Positions 17,857 through 26,023 of a DNA stretch of 64,000 bases are shown here, in pieces (position 1 is the stretch's first letter; each line of letters begins with the position of its first letter). The notes under the pieces are model-generated. The model worked only from the letters and a program-made list of their open reading frames with translations. It searched no databases and was not told where the DNA came from. Both the position numbers and the translations under genes were made by a program. Source of the DNA: Alphaproteobacteria bacterium (lineage in GTDB: Bacteria; Pseudomonadota; Alphaproteobacteria; Reyranellales; JAQSWP01); NCBI GenBank assembly GCA_029266575.1, contig JAQSWP010000005.1, positions 343 to 64,342 on the forward strand. Reading direction: 5' to 3'.

Positions 17857-19428
17857 ATGCCGATTTGGGATCGCAGCACCGACATCATCGTGGTCGGCTT
17901 TGGCGCCGCCGGCGCCGTGGCCGCCATCGAGGCCGCCGATTGCGGCGCGCAAGTTCTGGTGCTGGAGAAAATGCCCGATCCGGGCGGGCTCTCCGCTGTT
18001 TCGGCCGGTGGCGCCCGCGTCTGCAACGACGTCGAGGAATGCTACAAATACCTGCTTGCCACTTCGGGCGGGCGCACGCCGGACAGCATCATGCGCGGCC
18101 TGGCCGAAGGCATGTTCCAGATTCCGGCCTATCTGCAGAAACTGGCCGATGCCGTCGGCGCCAAAATGAAAGTCACGCCGGCCTTGGGCAACTATCCCTT
18201 CCCCGGCTATGAATCGCTGGCCTATTGCCAGATCGATTCGGTGCCGGCGCTCGAAGGCCTCACCTCCTATCGCGCCATCCGCGGCATCAAGGAGGGCACC
18301 AAGCTGTTCAAGGTGCTGGAAGACAATGTCGCCGCGCGCAACGTGCCGGTGCTCTACAACGCCACCGCCGATCGGCTCATCCGGGATGACAAGGGCGAGA
18401 TCGTCGGTATCACCGCGACGATCGATGGCAAGAGCCAGCGCATCCAGGCGCGCAAGGCGGTGATCCTGGCCTGTGGCGGCTACGAGCACAGCGAGGAAAT
18501 GAAGCGCCAGTATTTCCAGGCGCAGCCGGTGCTGACCGGCTCCTTCGTCGGCAACACCGGCGACGGCATCCGCATGGCGCAGGCGGTCGGCGCTGATCTC
18601 TGGCACATGTGGCACTACCACGGGCCTTACGGCATGAAGCACAGCGATCCGGACTATCCGCTGGCCTTCTACATGAAGGCGGTGCCGATGTGGACGCCGG
18701 GCCGCATGGATCAGGTGTCCGATCTCGGCGTCACCGACGCGCATGGCAAGCCGGTGTCGCAAAAATCGCTGGCGCGCATGGCCTGGATCCTGCTCGACAA
18801 GACCGGCCGGCGTTTCATGGACGAATACCCGCCCTATCCCGGCGATACCGGCATCCGCCCCTTCGACGCTTACGATTCCAAGACGCAAGGGTTTCCGCGC
18901 ATCCCCGCCTTCATCGTGTTCGACGAGGAGGGCCGCAAGATGTATCCGATCGGCCGCGCCATCTCCAACAGCCGTGACTTCCATTACCAGTGGAGCCCGG
19001 ACAATCTCAAGGAGGTCGAGCTCGGCATCCTGCATCGCGCCGATTCGATCGCCGATCTCGCCAGGGCGATGGGCATTCCGGCCGCGGCGCTGCAGAAGAC
19101 CATCGATTCCTGGAACGCCAATTGCGCTGCCGGCAGCGATCCCGAGTTCGGCCGCCAGCCCGACAGCATGGCGCCGATCAAAACCGCGCCGTTCTACTAC
19201 GGCCATATCTATCCGGTGGTCATCAACACCCAGGGTGGCCCGGTGCATAACATCCACCAGCAGGTGCTGACGCCGTTCGGCGAGGCCATTCCCCGGCTCT
19301 ACGCGGCGGGCGAGCTGGGCAGCAAATTCGGCCATCTCTACATGGGGGGCGGCAATCTCGCCGAATGCTTCGTCGGCGGCTGGACCGCCGCGCGCCATGC
19401 CGCCGCGCTCAAGCCGCTGGATGCCTGA
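17857..19428 (+). CDS. FAD-dependent oxidoreductase (fumarate-reductase/KstD-type flavoprotein)
   Basis: ATG 17857 lies 6 nt after GGAGGA. The N-terminus DIIVVGFGAAGAVAAIEAA is a Rossmann motif, and the C-terminal LYAAGELGS motif is present. The first 265 codons of the 788-aa ORF are an alternative frame of the previous gene. Confidence 0.85.
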   Translation: MPIWDRSTDIIVVGFGAAGAVAAIEAADCGAQVLVLEKMPDPGGLSAVSAGGARVCNDVEECYKYLLATSGGRTPDSIMRGLAEGMFQIPAYLQKLADAVGAKMKVTPALGNYPFPGYESLAYCQIDSVPALEGLTSYRAIRGIKEGTKLFKVLEDNVAARNVPVLYNATADRLIRDDKGEIVGITATIDGKSQRIQARKAVILACGGYEHSEEMKRQYFQAQPVLTGSFVGNTGDGIRMAQAVGADLWHMWHYHGPYGMKHSDPDYPLAFYMKAVPMWTPGRMDQVSDLGVTDAHGKPVSQKSLARMAWILLDKTGRRFMDEYPPYPGDTGIRPFDAYDSKTQGFPRIPAFIVFDEEGRKMYPIGRAISNSRDFHYQWSPDNLKEVELGILHRADSIADLARAMGIPAAALQKTIDSWNANCAAGSDPEFGRQPDSMAPIKTAPFYYGHIYPVVINTQGGPVHNIHQQVLTPFGEAIPRLYAAGELGSKFGHLYMGGGNLAECFVGGWTAARHAAALKPLDA

Positions 19429-19470
19429 TTGGAGCCTGGCGGCGGCCGGGGTAAGCTTGCTCCGAGTCCG

Positions 19471-20202
19471 ATGACAGGTATTGCCGTGTTTGCTCCCGTC
19501 AAGGCCCGACGCATCTTCGAAGAGGTGGTCGGCCAGATCCGCGAACAGATCGTCACGGGCCAGCTCAAGCCGGGCGACAAGCTGCCGCCCGAGCGCGACC
19601 TGGCCGAGCAGTTCGACGTTTCCCGCACCGCGGTGCGCGAGGCGCTGCGGGTGCTGGAGATCGCCGGCACCATCCAGCTGCGCAAGGGCGTGCGCGGCGG
19701 CGCCTTCGTCGCCATAGCCGATCCCAGCGTCATCGCCGACTCGCTGCAGGACATGCTGCATCTGGGCCGCATCACCGCCGCCCAGCTCACCGAATCGCGC
19801 ATCTGGATCGAGACCATGATTACGCGCATCGTGTGCGAGACTGGCACCGAAGAGGATTTCGCCGCCCTCGAGGCCAATGTCGATCTGGTCGAGCGGCTGA
19901 TGGCCGAGGGCCGCGACCGCGAGCGGGTCGAGGCCAATATCGAATTCCACAACGTGCTGGCGCGGGCCACCCGCAATCCGGTGCTGATCCTCAACATCGC
20001 CATGCTGATGGACATCATGCGCTATTTCGCCAGCCGCGTGCCGATCGGCTATGGCGAGGTGATCCTGGACTCGCGCCGCCGCCTGCTGCGCCACATGCGG
20101 GCGCGCAATGCCGATGCTGCGGTGGCGGAAATGGAATCGCTGCTCCACACCATCTCGGAGCGCTACGAGAAACTGACACCCATCATCAAGGACGCGAGCT
20201 AG
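19471..20202 (+). CDS. GntR-family transcriptional regulator (FadR/FCD type)
   Basis: Winged-helix block PPERDLAEQFDVSRTAVREALRVLE followed by an FCD-like helical C-terminal domain. The start is uncertain; GTG 19486 aligns better with the paralogue at 21041-21793. Confidence 0.85.
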   Translation: MTGIAVFAPVKARRIFEEVVGQIREQIVTGQLKPGDKLPPERDLAEQFDVSRTAVREALRVLEIAGTIQLRKGVRGGAFVAIADPSVIADSLQDMLHLGRITAAQLTESRIWIETMITRIVCETGTEEDFAALEANVDLVERLMAEGRDRERVEANIEFHNVLARATRNPVLILNIAMLMDIMRYFASRVPIGYGEVILDSRRRLLRHMRARNADAAVAEMESLLHTISERYEKLTPIIKDAS

Positions 20203-20229
20203 TACAAATCACGGTGTGTCTCCTACACC

Positions 20230-20251
20230 TCGCCCCGCTTTAGCGGGGCGA
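20230..20251. terminator. Hairpin between convergent genes (TCGCCCCGC-TTTA-GCGGGGCGA)
   Basis: A 9-bp GC-rich stem with a 4-nt loop, read directly. On the plus strand it is followed by AGTGTTTAT. It sits between the GntR stop (20202) and the SDR stop (20270). Confidence 0.5.
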
Positions 20252-20269
20252 AGTGTTTATACGCGAGGT

Positions 20270-21031
20270 TCAACCGCCGTCGACTTCGATCACCGTGCCG
20301 GTCGTGAAGCCGGCGCGGTCGGAGACCGCGAACAGCACCGCATCCGACACTTCCTGCGCGCTGCCCAGCCGTCCAAGATAGTTCGAGCCGGCGATCGCCT
20401 TGTCCGAGCCCGCCGGGTCGAGCTTGTTGCGCTCGTTGGTCGACTGGCGGATGGCGGCGAGCCGCGGCGAATCGATGACGCCGGGCGAGACCGCCACGAA
20501 ACGCACGCCGTCCTTGCCATAGGTCATGGCCAGGCCCTTGGTCAGCAGGTTGAGCGCGGCATTGGCGCTGCAGCCGGGCAGATGCACGTCGCGCGGCGCC
20601 CGCCCGCCCTTGCCGGTGACGTTCACCACCACGCCCTTCTCCTGCTTGATCATGTGCGGCAGGGCGGCGCGCGTAGTGCGCATGTAGCCGATCTGCTTGG
20701 TCTGCAGCACCTTGAGCCAGACATCGTCGTCCAGGTTCAGGAAATCGCCGAACAGCGACAGCGAGGTGGTGTTGACCAGAATGTCGATGCGCCCGGTCTG
20801 CGCCACGATGGCGGCAGCGGCAGCATCGACCGATTTACGCTCGGTGATGTCGACCGGCAACGGTTTTAGCGCCGTGCCGGCGGCCATGTCCTTGAGCTTC
20901 TTCTCATCGCGCGAGGAAACGAACACCGTGGCGCCCGAAGCCGCCAGATCGGCGCTGATCTGCTTTCCCAAGGTGCCGCCCGCGCCAACGACCCAAGCCG
21001 TGCGGCCTTTCAATTCGTTCTGCATGTCCAC
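20270..21031 (-). CDS. SDR-fold protein with atypical active site
   Basis: 253 aa with the Rossmann motif GAGGTLG. Where classical SDRs have YSASK it reads GCSANAALNLLTK (apparent Tyr to Cys and Lys to Asn). Confidence 0.8.
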   Translation of the reverse strand: MDMQNELKGRTAWVVGAGGTLGKQISADLAASGATVFVSSRDEKKLKDMAAGTALKPLPVDITERKSVDAAAAAIVAQTGRIDILVNTTSLSLFGDFLNLDDDVWLKVLQTKQIGYMRTTRAALPHMIKQEKGVVVNVTGKGGRAPRDVHLPGCSANAALNLLTKGLAMTYGKDGVRFVAVSPGVIDSPRLAAIRQSTNERNKLDPAGSDKAIAGSNYLGRLGSAQEVSDAVLFAVSDRAGFTTGTVIEVDGG

Positions 21032-21040
21032 TCCCGTTGA

Positions 21041-21793
21041 TTAGCGTGCGGCGAGCAGGCGGCCAAAGGCCGTCTCGCCGTTCTGCGCCTGCTGTTCGGC
21101 CAGTTTGTGATAGCGCTCCTGCAGACGCTGCAGCCGCTCGTGCATTGCGATGACGGCCCCCTCTTCGTCGCGCGCCCGCAGCAGCGCCACCATCTTGCGC
21201 CGCCATTCGATGTGGTAGGGATCGACATCAGGTGCGGCGTGCTTGGCGAACTGCATGGTGAGATCCATCAGCAGGCGCATGTTCAGGATCAGCACCGGGT
21301 TCTTGGTCGCCCGCGCCAGGATGTTGTGGAACTCGATATTGACCGCGACCTTCTCGGCCAGCCGTCCCTGGCGCAGCAATTCGACGCCAAGATCGATGTT
21401 GGTTTCGAGTTCGGCGAAATCCTCCCCCGTCGCCCGCTGGCAGGCGACCTTGGTGACGATGGTCTCGATCCACAGCCGCGCCTGGGTTAGATGCTCGATG
21501 GTGATCTGGCCCAGATGCAGCATGTCGCGCATGGAATCGGCGATCAGGCGGGCGTCGACCTCGCGCACGAAGGCACCGCCCTTGGCGCCGGTCTGCAACT
21601 CGATGAAGCCCGCCACTTCCAGGGTGCGCAGCGCCTCGCGAATGGCGTTGCGGCTGGCCTGGAACTGCTTGGCCAACTCGCGTTCGGACGGCAGCTTGTC
21701 GCCGGGCTTGAGCTGCCCGTTGCGCATCTGCTCGCGAAACTGGTCGATGACCTCTTCGAAGACGCGACGGGTGCGGATCGGGGTGAAACTCAT
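21041..21793 (-). CDS. GntR-family transcriptional regulator (FadR/FCD type)
   Basis: 250 aa with PSERELAKQFQASRNAIREALRTLE. Paralogue of 19471-20202. Confidence 0.9.
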   Translation of the reverse strand: MSFTPIRTRRVFEEVIDQFREQMRNGQLKPGDKLPSERELAKQFQASRNAIREALRTLEVAGFIELQTGAKGGAFVREVDARLIADSMRDMLHLGQITIEHLTQARLWIETIVTKVACQRATGEDFAELETNIDLGVELLRQGRLAEKVAVNIEFHNILARATKNPVLILNMRLLMDLTMQFAKHAAPDVDPYHIEWRRKMVALLRARDEEGAVIAMHERLQRLQERYHKLAEQQAQNGETAFGRLLAAR

Positions 21794-21827
21794 GGTCTGA
21801 TCTTATACCCCGATCCGCGCCGTTGCT

Positions 21828-22997
21828 TTAGCGTTGCAGCGTCGAATCGAATTCGCCGCCCATCTGCGACTGGCCGACGATCTGCGCCGTCTTGTCGTGG
21901 CCGGCATGCAGGATATGGGTCTGCAGGTCGCGGATCATGCGGCCGAGCGGGAATTCCTCGAACAGAGCCGTCGAGCCGGCGCCCTCGGTGATGGCGCGCG
22001 CCAGGTTGAGCGCGGTGTGGGCGGCGGTGTATTTGGCGCTCATCGACAGCAGCTCGGCCTCGACCACCGACTTGGTCTTCCAGGCGCGGATGGCGTCGTG
22101 GAACAGCGACTGGGCGGCGTTGAGCTGGATCTTCATCTCGCCGGTGCGCAGCAGGATGATGGGATCCTTGCCCTTGCCTTTCTTGACGGCGTAGTCGCGG
22201 AACCACTCGAACATGCCTTCGGCGGTGCCGAGATAGTTGGCGGTGAAGCCAAGATGGTACTTGCCTTGCCAGCGCTGGCGCGGATAGGCGCCGGGCTCGC
22301 CCAGCACATGCTCTTTCGGCACGTGCACGTTGTCGAGATGGACCACCGGGCTTGCCGCGCCGCGCATGCCGAGCGGCCGGTACCAGTCGTTGTCGATCCG
22401 CACGCCCTGCTGCTTGGTTTCGATGATCGTCATCAGATGGTTGTTCTGATAATCGTTCACGCCTTCGACCGAGGCGAAGATGATGGCGAAATCCATGGTC
22501 GGGCCGTTGGTGGCGTAGTTCTTCACGCCATTGACGATGTAGCCGCCCTTGCCGTCCGGCTTGGCCGTCGTGCTCATGATGTACATGTGCTTGCGCGAGG
22601 GCTCGGAGCCAACGAAGGACGCCAGGAACGGCCGCTTCAGGCCCGGCTTGACGAACTTCTCCTTCTGGTAGTCGCTGCCGATGGCATCGATGATCCAGGC
22701 GGTGTGGTTGTTGACCTGCAGGCAATGGGCGGTCGAGGAGCAGCCGCGCGCGGTGACGCGAATGGCCTGCAGATAGGTGGCGGGATCGTCGCTATCGAGA
22801 TTGGAACCCATGCCGCCGGTCTGCTTGGTCACGGCGCAGGTCAGCCAGCCGCCGGCGAACAGATCGTCGATGTTCTTGGTCGGCATGTCGCAGGTGGGAT
22901 CGTATTCCGGCGCGCGCGCGCGAAACGTGGTGACGGCCTGTTCGGCCAGCGCCTGGACCTTGTCGCTGCGCAGCGAGACTTCCGGATCGATAAACAT
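21828..22997 (-). CDS. ACAD-fold protein lacking the canonical catalytic Glu (possible flavin monooxygenase or desulfinase-type enzyme)
   Basis: Start at ATG 22997 (MFIDPEVSLRSDK), preceded by AGAGGAAG. 389 aa with KNYATNG and the C-terminal region LQTHILHAGHDKTAQIVG in place of the ..YEGT..IQ.. motif. Confidence 0.8.
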   Translation of the reverse strand: MFIDPEVSLRSDKVQALAEQAVTTFRARAPEYDPTCDMPTKNIDDLFAGGWLTCAVTKQTGGMGSNLDSDDPATYLQAIRVTARGCSSTAHCLQVNNHTAWIIDAIGSDYQKEKFVKPGLKRPFLASFVGSEPSRKHMYIMSTTAKPDGKGGYIVNGVKNYATNGPTMDFAIIFASVEGVNDYQNNHLMTIIETKQQGVRIDNDWYRPLGMRGAASPVVHLDNVHVPKEHVLGEPGAYPRQRWQGKYHLGFTANYLGTAEGMFEWFRDYAVKKGKGKDPIILLRTGEMKIQLNAAQSLFHDAIRAWKTKSVVEAELLSMSAKYTAAHTALNLARAITEGAGSTALFEEFPLGRMIRDLQTHILHAGHDKTAQIVGQSQMGGEFDSTLQR

Positions 22998-23014
22998 GGG
23001 CTTCCTCTTTTCTG

Positions 23015-24688
23015 TTAAACGGTGGCGGCCACGGGCCGCGTGTCCTGGTCTTGCGAAAGCTTGCGTTTCGCCTGTTCCTTCAATTCGAGCTTCTTGATCT
23101 TGCCGGTGCTGGTGAACGGGAATTCGTCGACCAGCTCGATGAAGCGCGGCACCTTGTAGCCGGCAATATGCTGCTTGCAGCGGGCGATGATCGCCTCGCC
23201 ATTGGGTTTCTCGCCGTCCTTGGGCTGGACAAAGGCGTAGGCCACCTCGCCCAGCCGCGCATCGGGCACGCCCACCACCACCGCCTGCTTGACGCCTTCG
23301 CAGGTGAGCAGGAATTCCTCGATCTCCTGGGTGGCGACGTTGAAGCCGCCCGGCTTGATCATCTCCTTCACCCGGCCGCGGAACACGACATAGCCGTCCG
23401 CCGTCAGCTCGCCGAGATCGCCGGTGCACAGCCGGCCCTTGGCGTCGAATGCTTTGGCGTTCTCCTCCGGCCGGTTGTAGTAGCCCTGCATCACGGTGTA
23501 GCCCGAGATGCGCATCTCGCCGGTGCGGCCCGCCGGCAATTCCTCGCCGCTGTCGACGTCGACGATATGCACGCCGACGCCGGGCATCGGCTTGCCGTTG
23601 GTGCGCAGCTTCAATTCCAGCGGCTCGTGCCAGAAGGAGCGGCTGATCGAGTTCGAGGTCTCGGACATGCCGTAGACATTGGTGAAATGCCTGGCGCCAA
23701 GCTGTTCGACGATGAAGCGGAAGGAATCGCTGGAGAGCGGACCGCCGGTGCCGGTGCGCAAGGTCGACAGATCGTGCGAGGCACGGTCCTTGTACTCGCG
23801 CAGATCGTGCACGATGGCGTCGACGAAGAAGGTAAAGGTGATCTTCTCCTGCTCGACCAGGCGGCAGAAAGTCTGCGGATCGAAACGGTCGGCCAGCACC
23901 ATGGCGCAGCCGCAGATCAGGGTCGACAGCGTGTAAGACGTGCCGGTGGCGGAAAACAGCGGTACGGCGGCCAGATAGCGGTCGGCCGGCGTCATGTCGA
24001 AGCGCTCGATGGTGTTGCGGTTGTTCTGCAACAGCGCGCCGTGGCGCACCATGGCGCCCTTGGGGAACGAGGTGGTGCCCGAGGTATAGAGGATTTGCGC
24101 CACGTCGTTGGGTTTGACGCCGGCGCGGAAGGCCTCGAGCTGGTGCTGCGCGTCGGAAGAATTCCGGCCGAGTTCTTCGATATCGGTGAAGCGCAACATC
24201 GAGTCCGGAACATCGGCGCCGCGACCGATCACGCCGCGCAGCTTGGGCAATTCGGGCACGGCCCAGTGGCCCTGCTTCTGCTCGCGGAAGGCCGGTGCAA
24301 TGCGGCCGAGAATGTCGAAGTAGCTGACGCCGGCAGCACCCTCGTCGACGATCAGGAACTTGCTATCGGACTGCTTCAGGATGTAGCCGACGTCGTTGTC
24401 GCGGAAGCGGGTGTTGATCGGCACCAGCACGGCGCCGAGATAGGGAATTGCCCAGCGCGCGATGACCCAGTCGATGCAGTCGGGCATCCACAGGCAAACG
24501 TGATCCCCCGGCTGCACGCCCAGCGCCACCAGCCCGCGGGCGAAGTCGCGCACGCGTTGCGCCATCTGCGCATAGTTCAGCCGCGCCGTGCCATGCACCA
24601 GCGCTTCGCGCACGCTGTGCGTCTTCGCCGCCCACTCGATCGCGTCGGCGAAGGTCTGCTGGCTCCAAATGGGCTCGCGCTGGACCAT
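23015..24688 (-). CDS. AMP-forming acyl-CoA ligase (more distant family)
   Basis: Start at ATG 24688 (MVQREPIWSQQTF), 2 nt after the upstream SDR stop. 557 aa with YTSGTTSFPKGAMVRH and VYGMSE. Confidence 0.9.
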   Translation of the reverse strand: MVQREPIWSQQTFADAIEWAAKTHSVREALVHGTARLNYAQMAQRVRDFARGLVALGVQPGDHVCLWMPDCIDWVIARWAIPYLGAVLVPINTRFRDNDVGYILKQSDSKFLIVDEGAAGVSYFDILGRIAPAFREQKQGHWAVPELPKLRGVIGRGADVPDSMLRFTDIEELGRNSSDAQHQLEAFRAGVKPNDVAQILYTSGTTSFPKGAMVRHGALLQNNRNTIERFDMTPADRYLAAVPLFSATGTSYTLSTLICGCAMVLADRFDPQTFCRLVEQEKITFTFFVDAIVHDLREYKDRASHDLSTLRTGTGGPLSSDSFRFIVEQLGARHFTNVYGMSETSNSISRSFWHEPLELKLRTNGKPMPGVGVHIVDVDSGEELPAGRTGEMRISGYTVMQGYYNRPEENAKAFDAKGRLCTGDLGELTADGYVVFRGRVKEMIKPGGFNVATQEIEEFLLTCEGVKQAVVVGVPDARLGEVAYAFVQPKDGEKPNGEAIIARCKQHIAGYKVPRFIELVDEFPFTSTGKIKKLELKEQAKRKLSQDQDTRPVAATV

Positions 24689-24690
24689 GC

Positions 24691-25461
24691 CTAGCGTCTC
24701 GTCTCCGGCCCGCCGCGGACATAGATGATCTGGCCCGAAACGTAGGAGGCTTCCTCGCTGCACAAAAAGCAGATGACGTTGGAGATATCGCGCGGCACGC
24801 CGACGCGACCGATCGGAATGGCCTTGGCGCGGGCGGCCTTGTATTCCTCGGGGTCCTGGCCCAGCCGGCGCGCGGTCTTGCGCGTCATCTCGGTGTCGAC
24901 GAAGCCTGGCGCCACGCAATTGACGTTGATGTTGAAGGGCCCCAGCTCGATCGACAGCGTACGCGTCATGCCCTGGATGGCGGCCTTGGCGGCGGAGTAG
25001 TTGAACTGGCCGCGATTGCCCAGCGCCGCGGTCGAGGACAGGCTGACGATCTTGCCGAAGCGCTGCTGCACCATGAATTTCTGGGCGTATTTGGTGCAGA
25101 GGAAATTGCCCTTCAGATGCACCGCCATGACCTGGTCCCAGTCTTCCTCGGTCATCTTGTGCAAGAGGTTGTCGCGGGTAATGCCGGCATTGTTGACCAG
25201 CATGTGGATGCCGCCGAAGCGCTGCGCGGCTTCGTTCATCGCCGCTTCGGTCGCTGGACCATCGGTGATATCGACCACCGCACCCCAGGCCTCGATACCG
25301 TTCCTGGCCGCGATCTCCTTGGCGGTGTCGGCCACCGCCTTGTCGAGATCCAACAGCACCACCTTGGCGCCGCCTTCGGCGAACAGGGCCGCCACATCAG
25401 CGCCGATGCCGCGCGCGGCTCCCGTAACCACGGCGACCCGGCCTTCAAATTTTTTGGTCAT
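24691..25461 (-). CDS. Classical SDR (FabG-like 3-oxoacyl reductase type)
   Basis: Start at ATG 25461 (MTKKFEGRVAVVTGAARGIG). Carries NNAG and the YSAAK catalytic motif. Confidence 0.9.
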   Translation of the reverse strand: MTKKFEGRVAVVTGAARGIGADVAALFAEGGAKVVLLDLDKAVADTAKEIAARNGIEAWGAVVDITDGPATEAAMNEAAQRFGGIHMLVNNAGITRDNLLHKMTEEDWDQVMAVHLKGNFLCTKYAQKFMVQQRFGKIVSLSSTAALGNRGQFNYSAAKAAIQGMTRTLSIELGPFNINVNCVAPGFVDTEMTRKTARRLGQDPEEYKAARAKAIPIGRVGVPRDISNVICFLCSEEASYVSGQIIYVRGGPETRR

Positions 25462-25543
25462 CAGCGTATTCCCAACCCTTGATCGTTGCGGGGCGCTTGG
25501 CCTCACTGGGTGCAATTCTCGGAGAGACTAAAGCACCAGCTGT

Positions 25544-25558
25544 AATGGTTCAACCATT
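25544..25558. promoter_or_regulatory. Perfect palindrome AATGGTT-C-AACCATT (GntR/FadR-type operator candidate)
   Basis: Read directly; lies about 85 nt upstream of the SDR-ligase-ACAD-like-GntR operon start (25461). Confidence 0.45.
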
Positions 25559-25680
25559 GAGCCCACGCCTTTTTTGAAGCGGAGAAATGCAGTTTTTCGT
25601 GGGACCGACGATTGACAGGCGGTTTGTCAGCCCCGGGGACAGGCTCAAAGTTTATAAAAGTAACCACAACAATAATTCTA

Positions 25681-25708
25681 TATTGTATCGGTATGAATTG
25701 ATACAATA
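25681..25708. promoter_or_regulatory. Inverted repeat TATTGTATC-N10-GATACAATA (recurrent operator-like motif)
   Basis: Perfect 9-bp arms, read directly; about 30 nt upstream of the biotin-carrier gene. Confidence 0.5.
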
Positions 25709-25735
25709 AGCCAACAGCAAGCTTGGAGGTATGGC

Positions 25736-25951
25736 GTGTCAGTGATGGTGAAGTCGGAGATCACCGGCAAGATCTGGAAGGTCGAGGCCACGGTGGGGCA
25801 GTCGGTGAGCCAGGACGATCAGCTGGTGGTGATCGAATCGATGAAAATGGAAATTCCCGTGCTGGCGCCGGCCAACGGCGTGGTGCGCGAGATCAGGGTC
25901 GCCGAGGGCGAAGACGTCAAGGAAGGCCAGGTCGTCGCCGTCATCGGCTGA
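25736..25951 (+). CDS. Stand-alone biotin carboxyl carrier (biotinyl/lipoyl attachment domain) protein
   Basis: 71 aa with the biotinylation motif ESMKMEI. The GTG start lies 6 nt after GGAGG. Confidence 0.8.
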   Translation: MSVMVKSEITGKIWKVEATVGQSVSQDDQLVVIESMKMEIPVLAPANGVVREIRVAEGEDVKEGQVVAVIG

Positions 25952-25965
25952 GCGGCGGAATTTCC

Positions 25966-26000
25966 CGACAAAAGAAAACGGCGGCCGGGGGGCCGCCGTT
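25966..26000. terminator. Bidirectional rho-independent terminator (AACGGCGGCC-GGGG-GGCCGCCGTT)
   Basis: A 10-bp stem. The minus-strand reading is followed by TTTCTTTTG. It lies between the convergent biotin-carrier gene and the ABC permease gene. Confidence 0.65.
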
Positions 26001-26023
26001 CCAGTTTCGAGAGTTCACACTCC

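Noticed and set aside
17686-20148. 820-aa minus-strand ORF
   Set aside because: It lies antisense to the FAD oxidoreductase and GntR genes, both of which have clear motifs. Its composition is low-complexity.
20265-20273. Third GGTTCAACC copy
   Set aside because: It overlaps the stop codon and 3' end of the SDR gene, has no palindromic flanks, and is likely coincidental.
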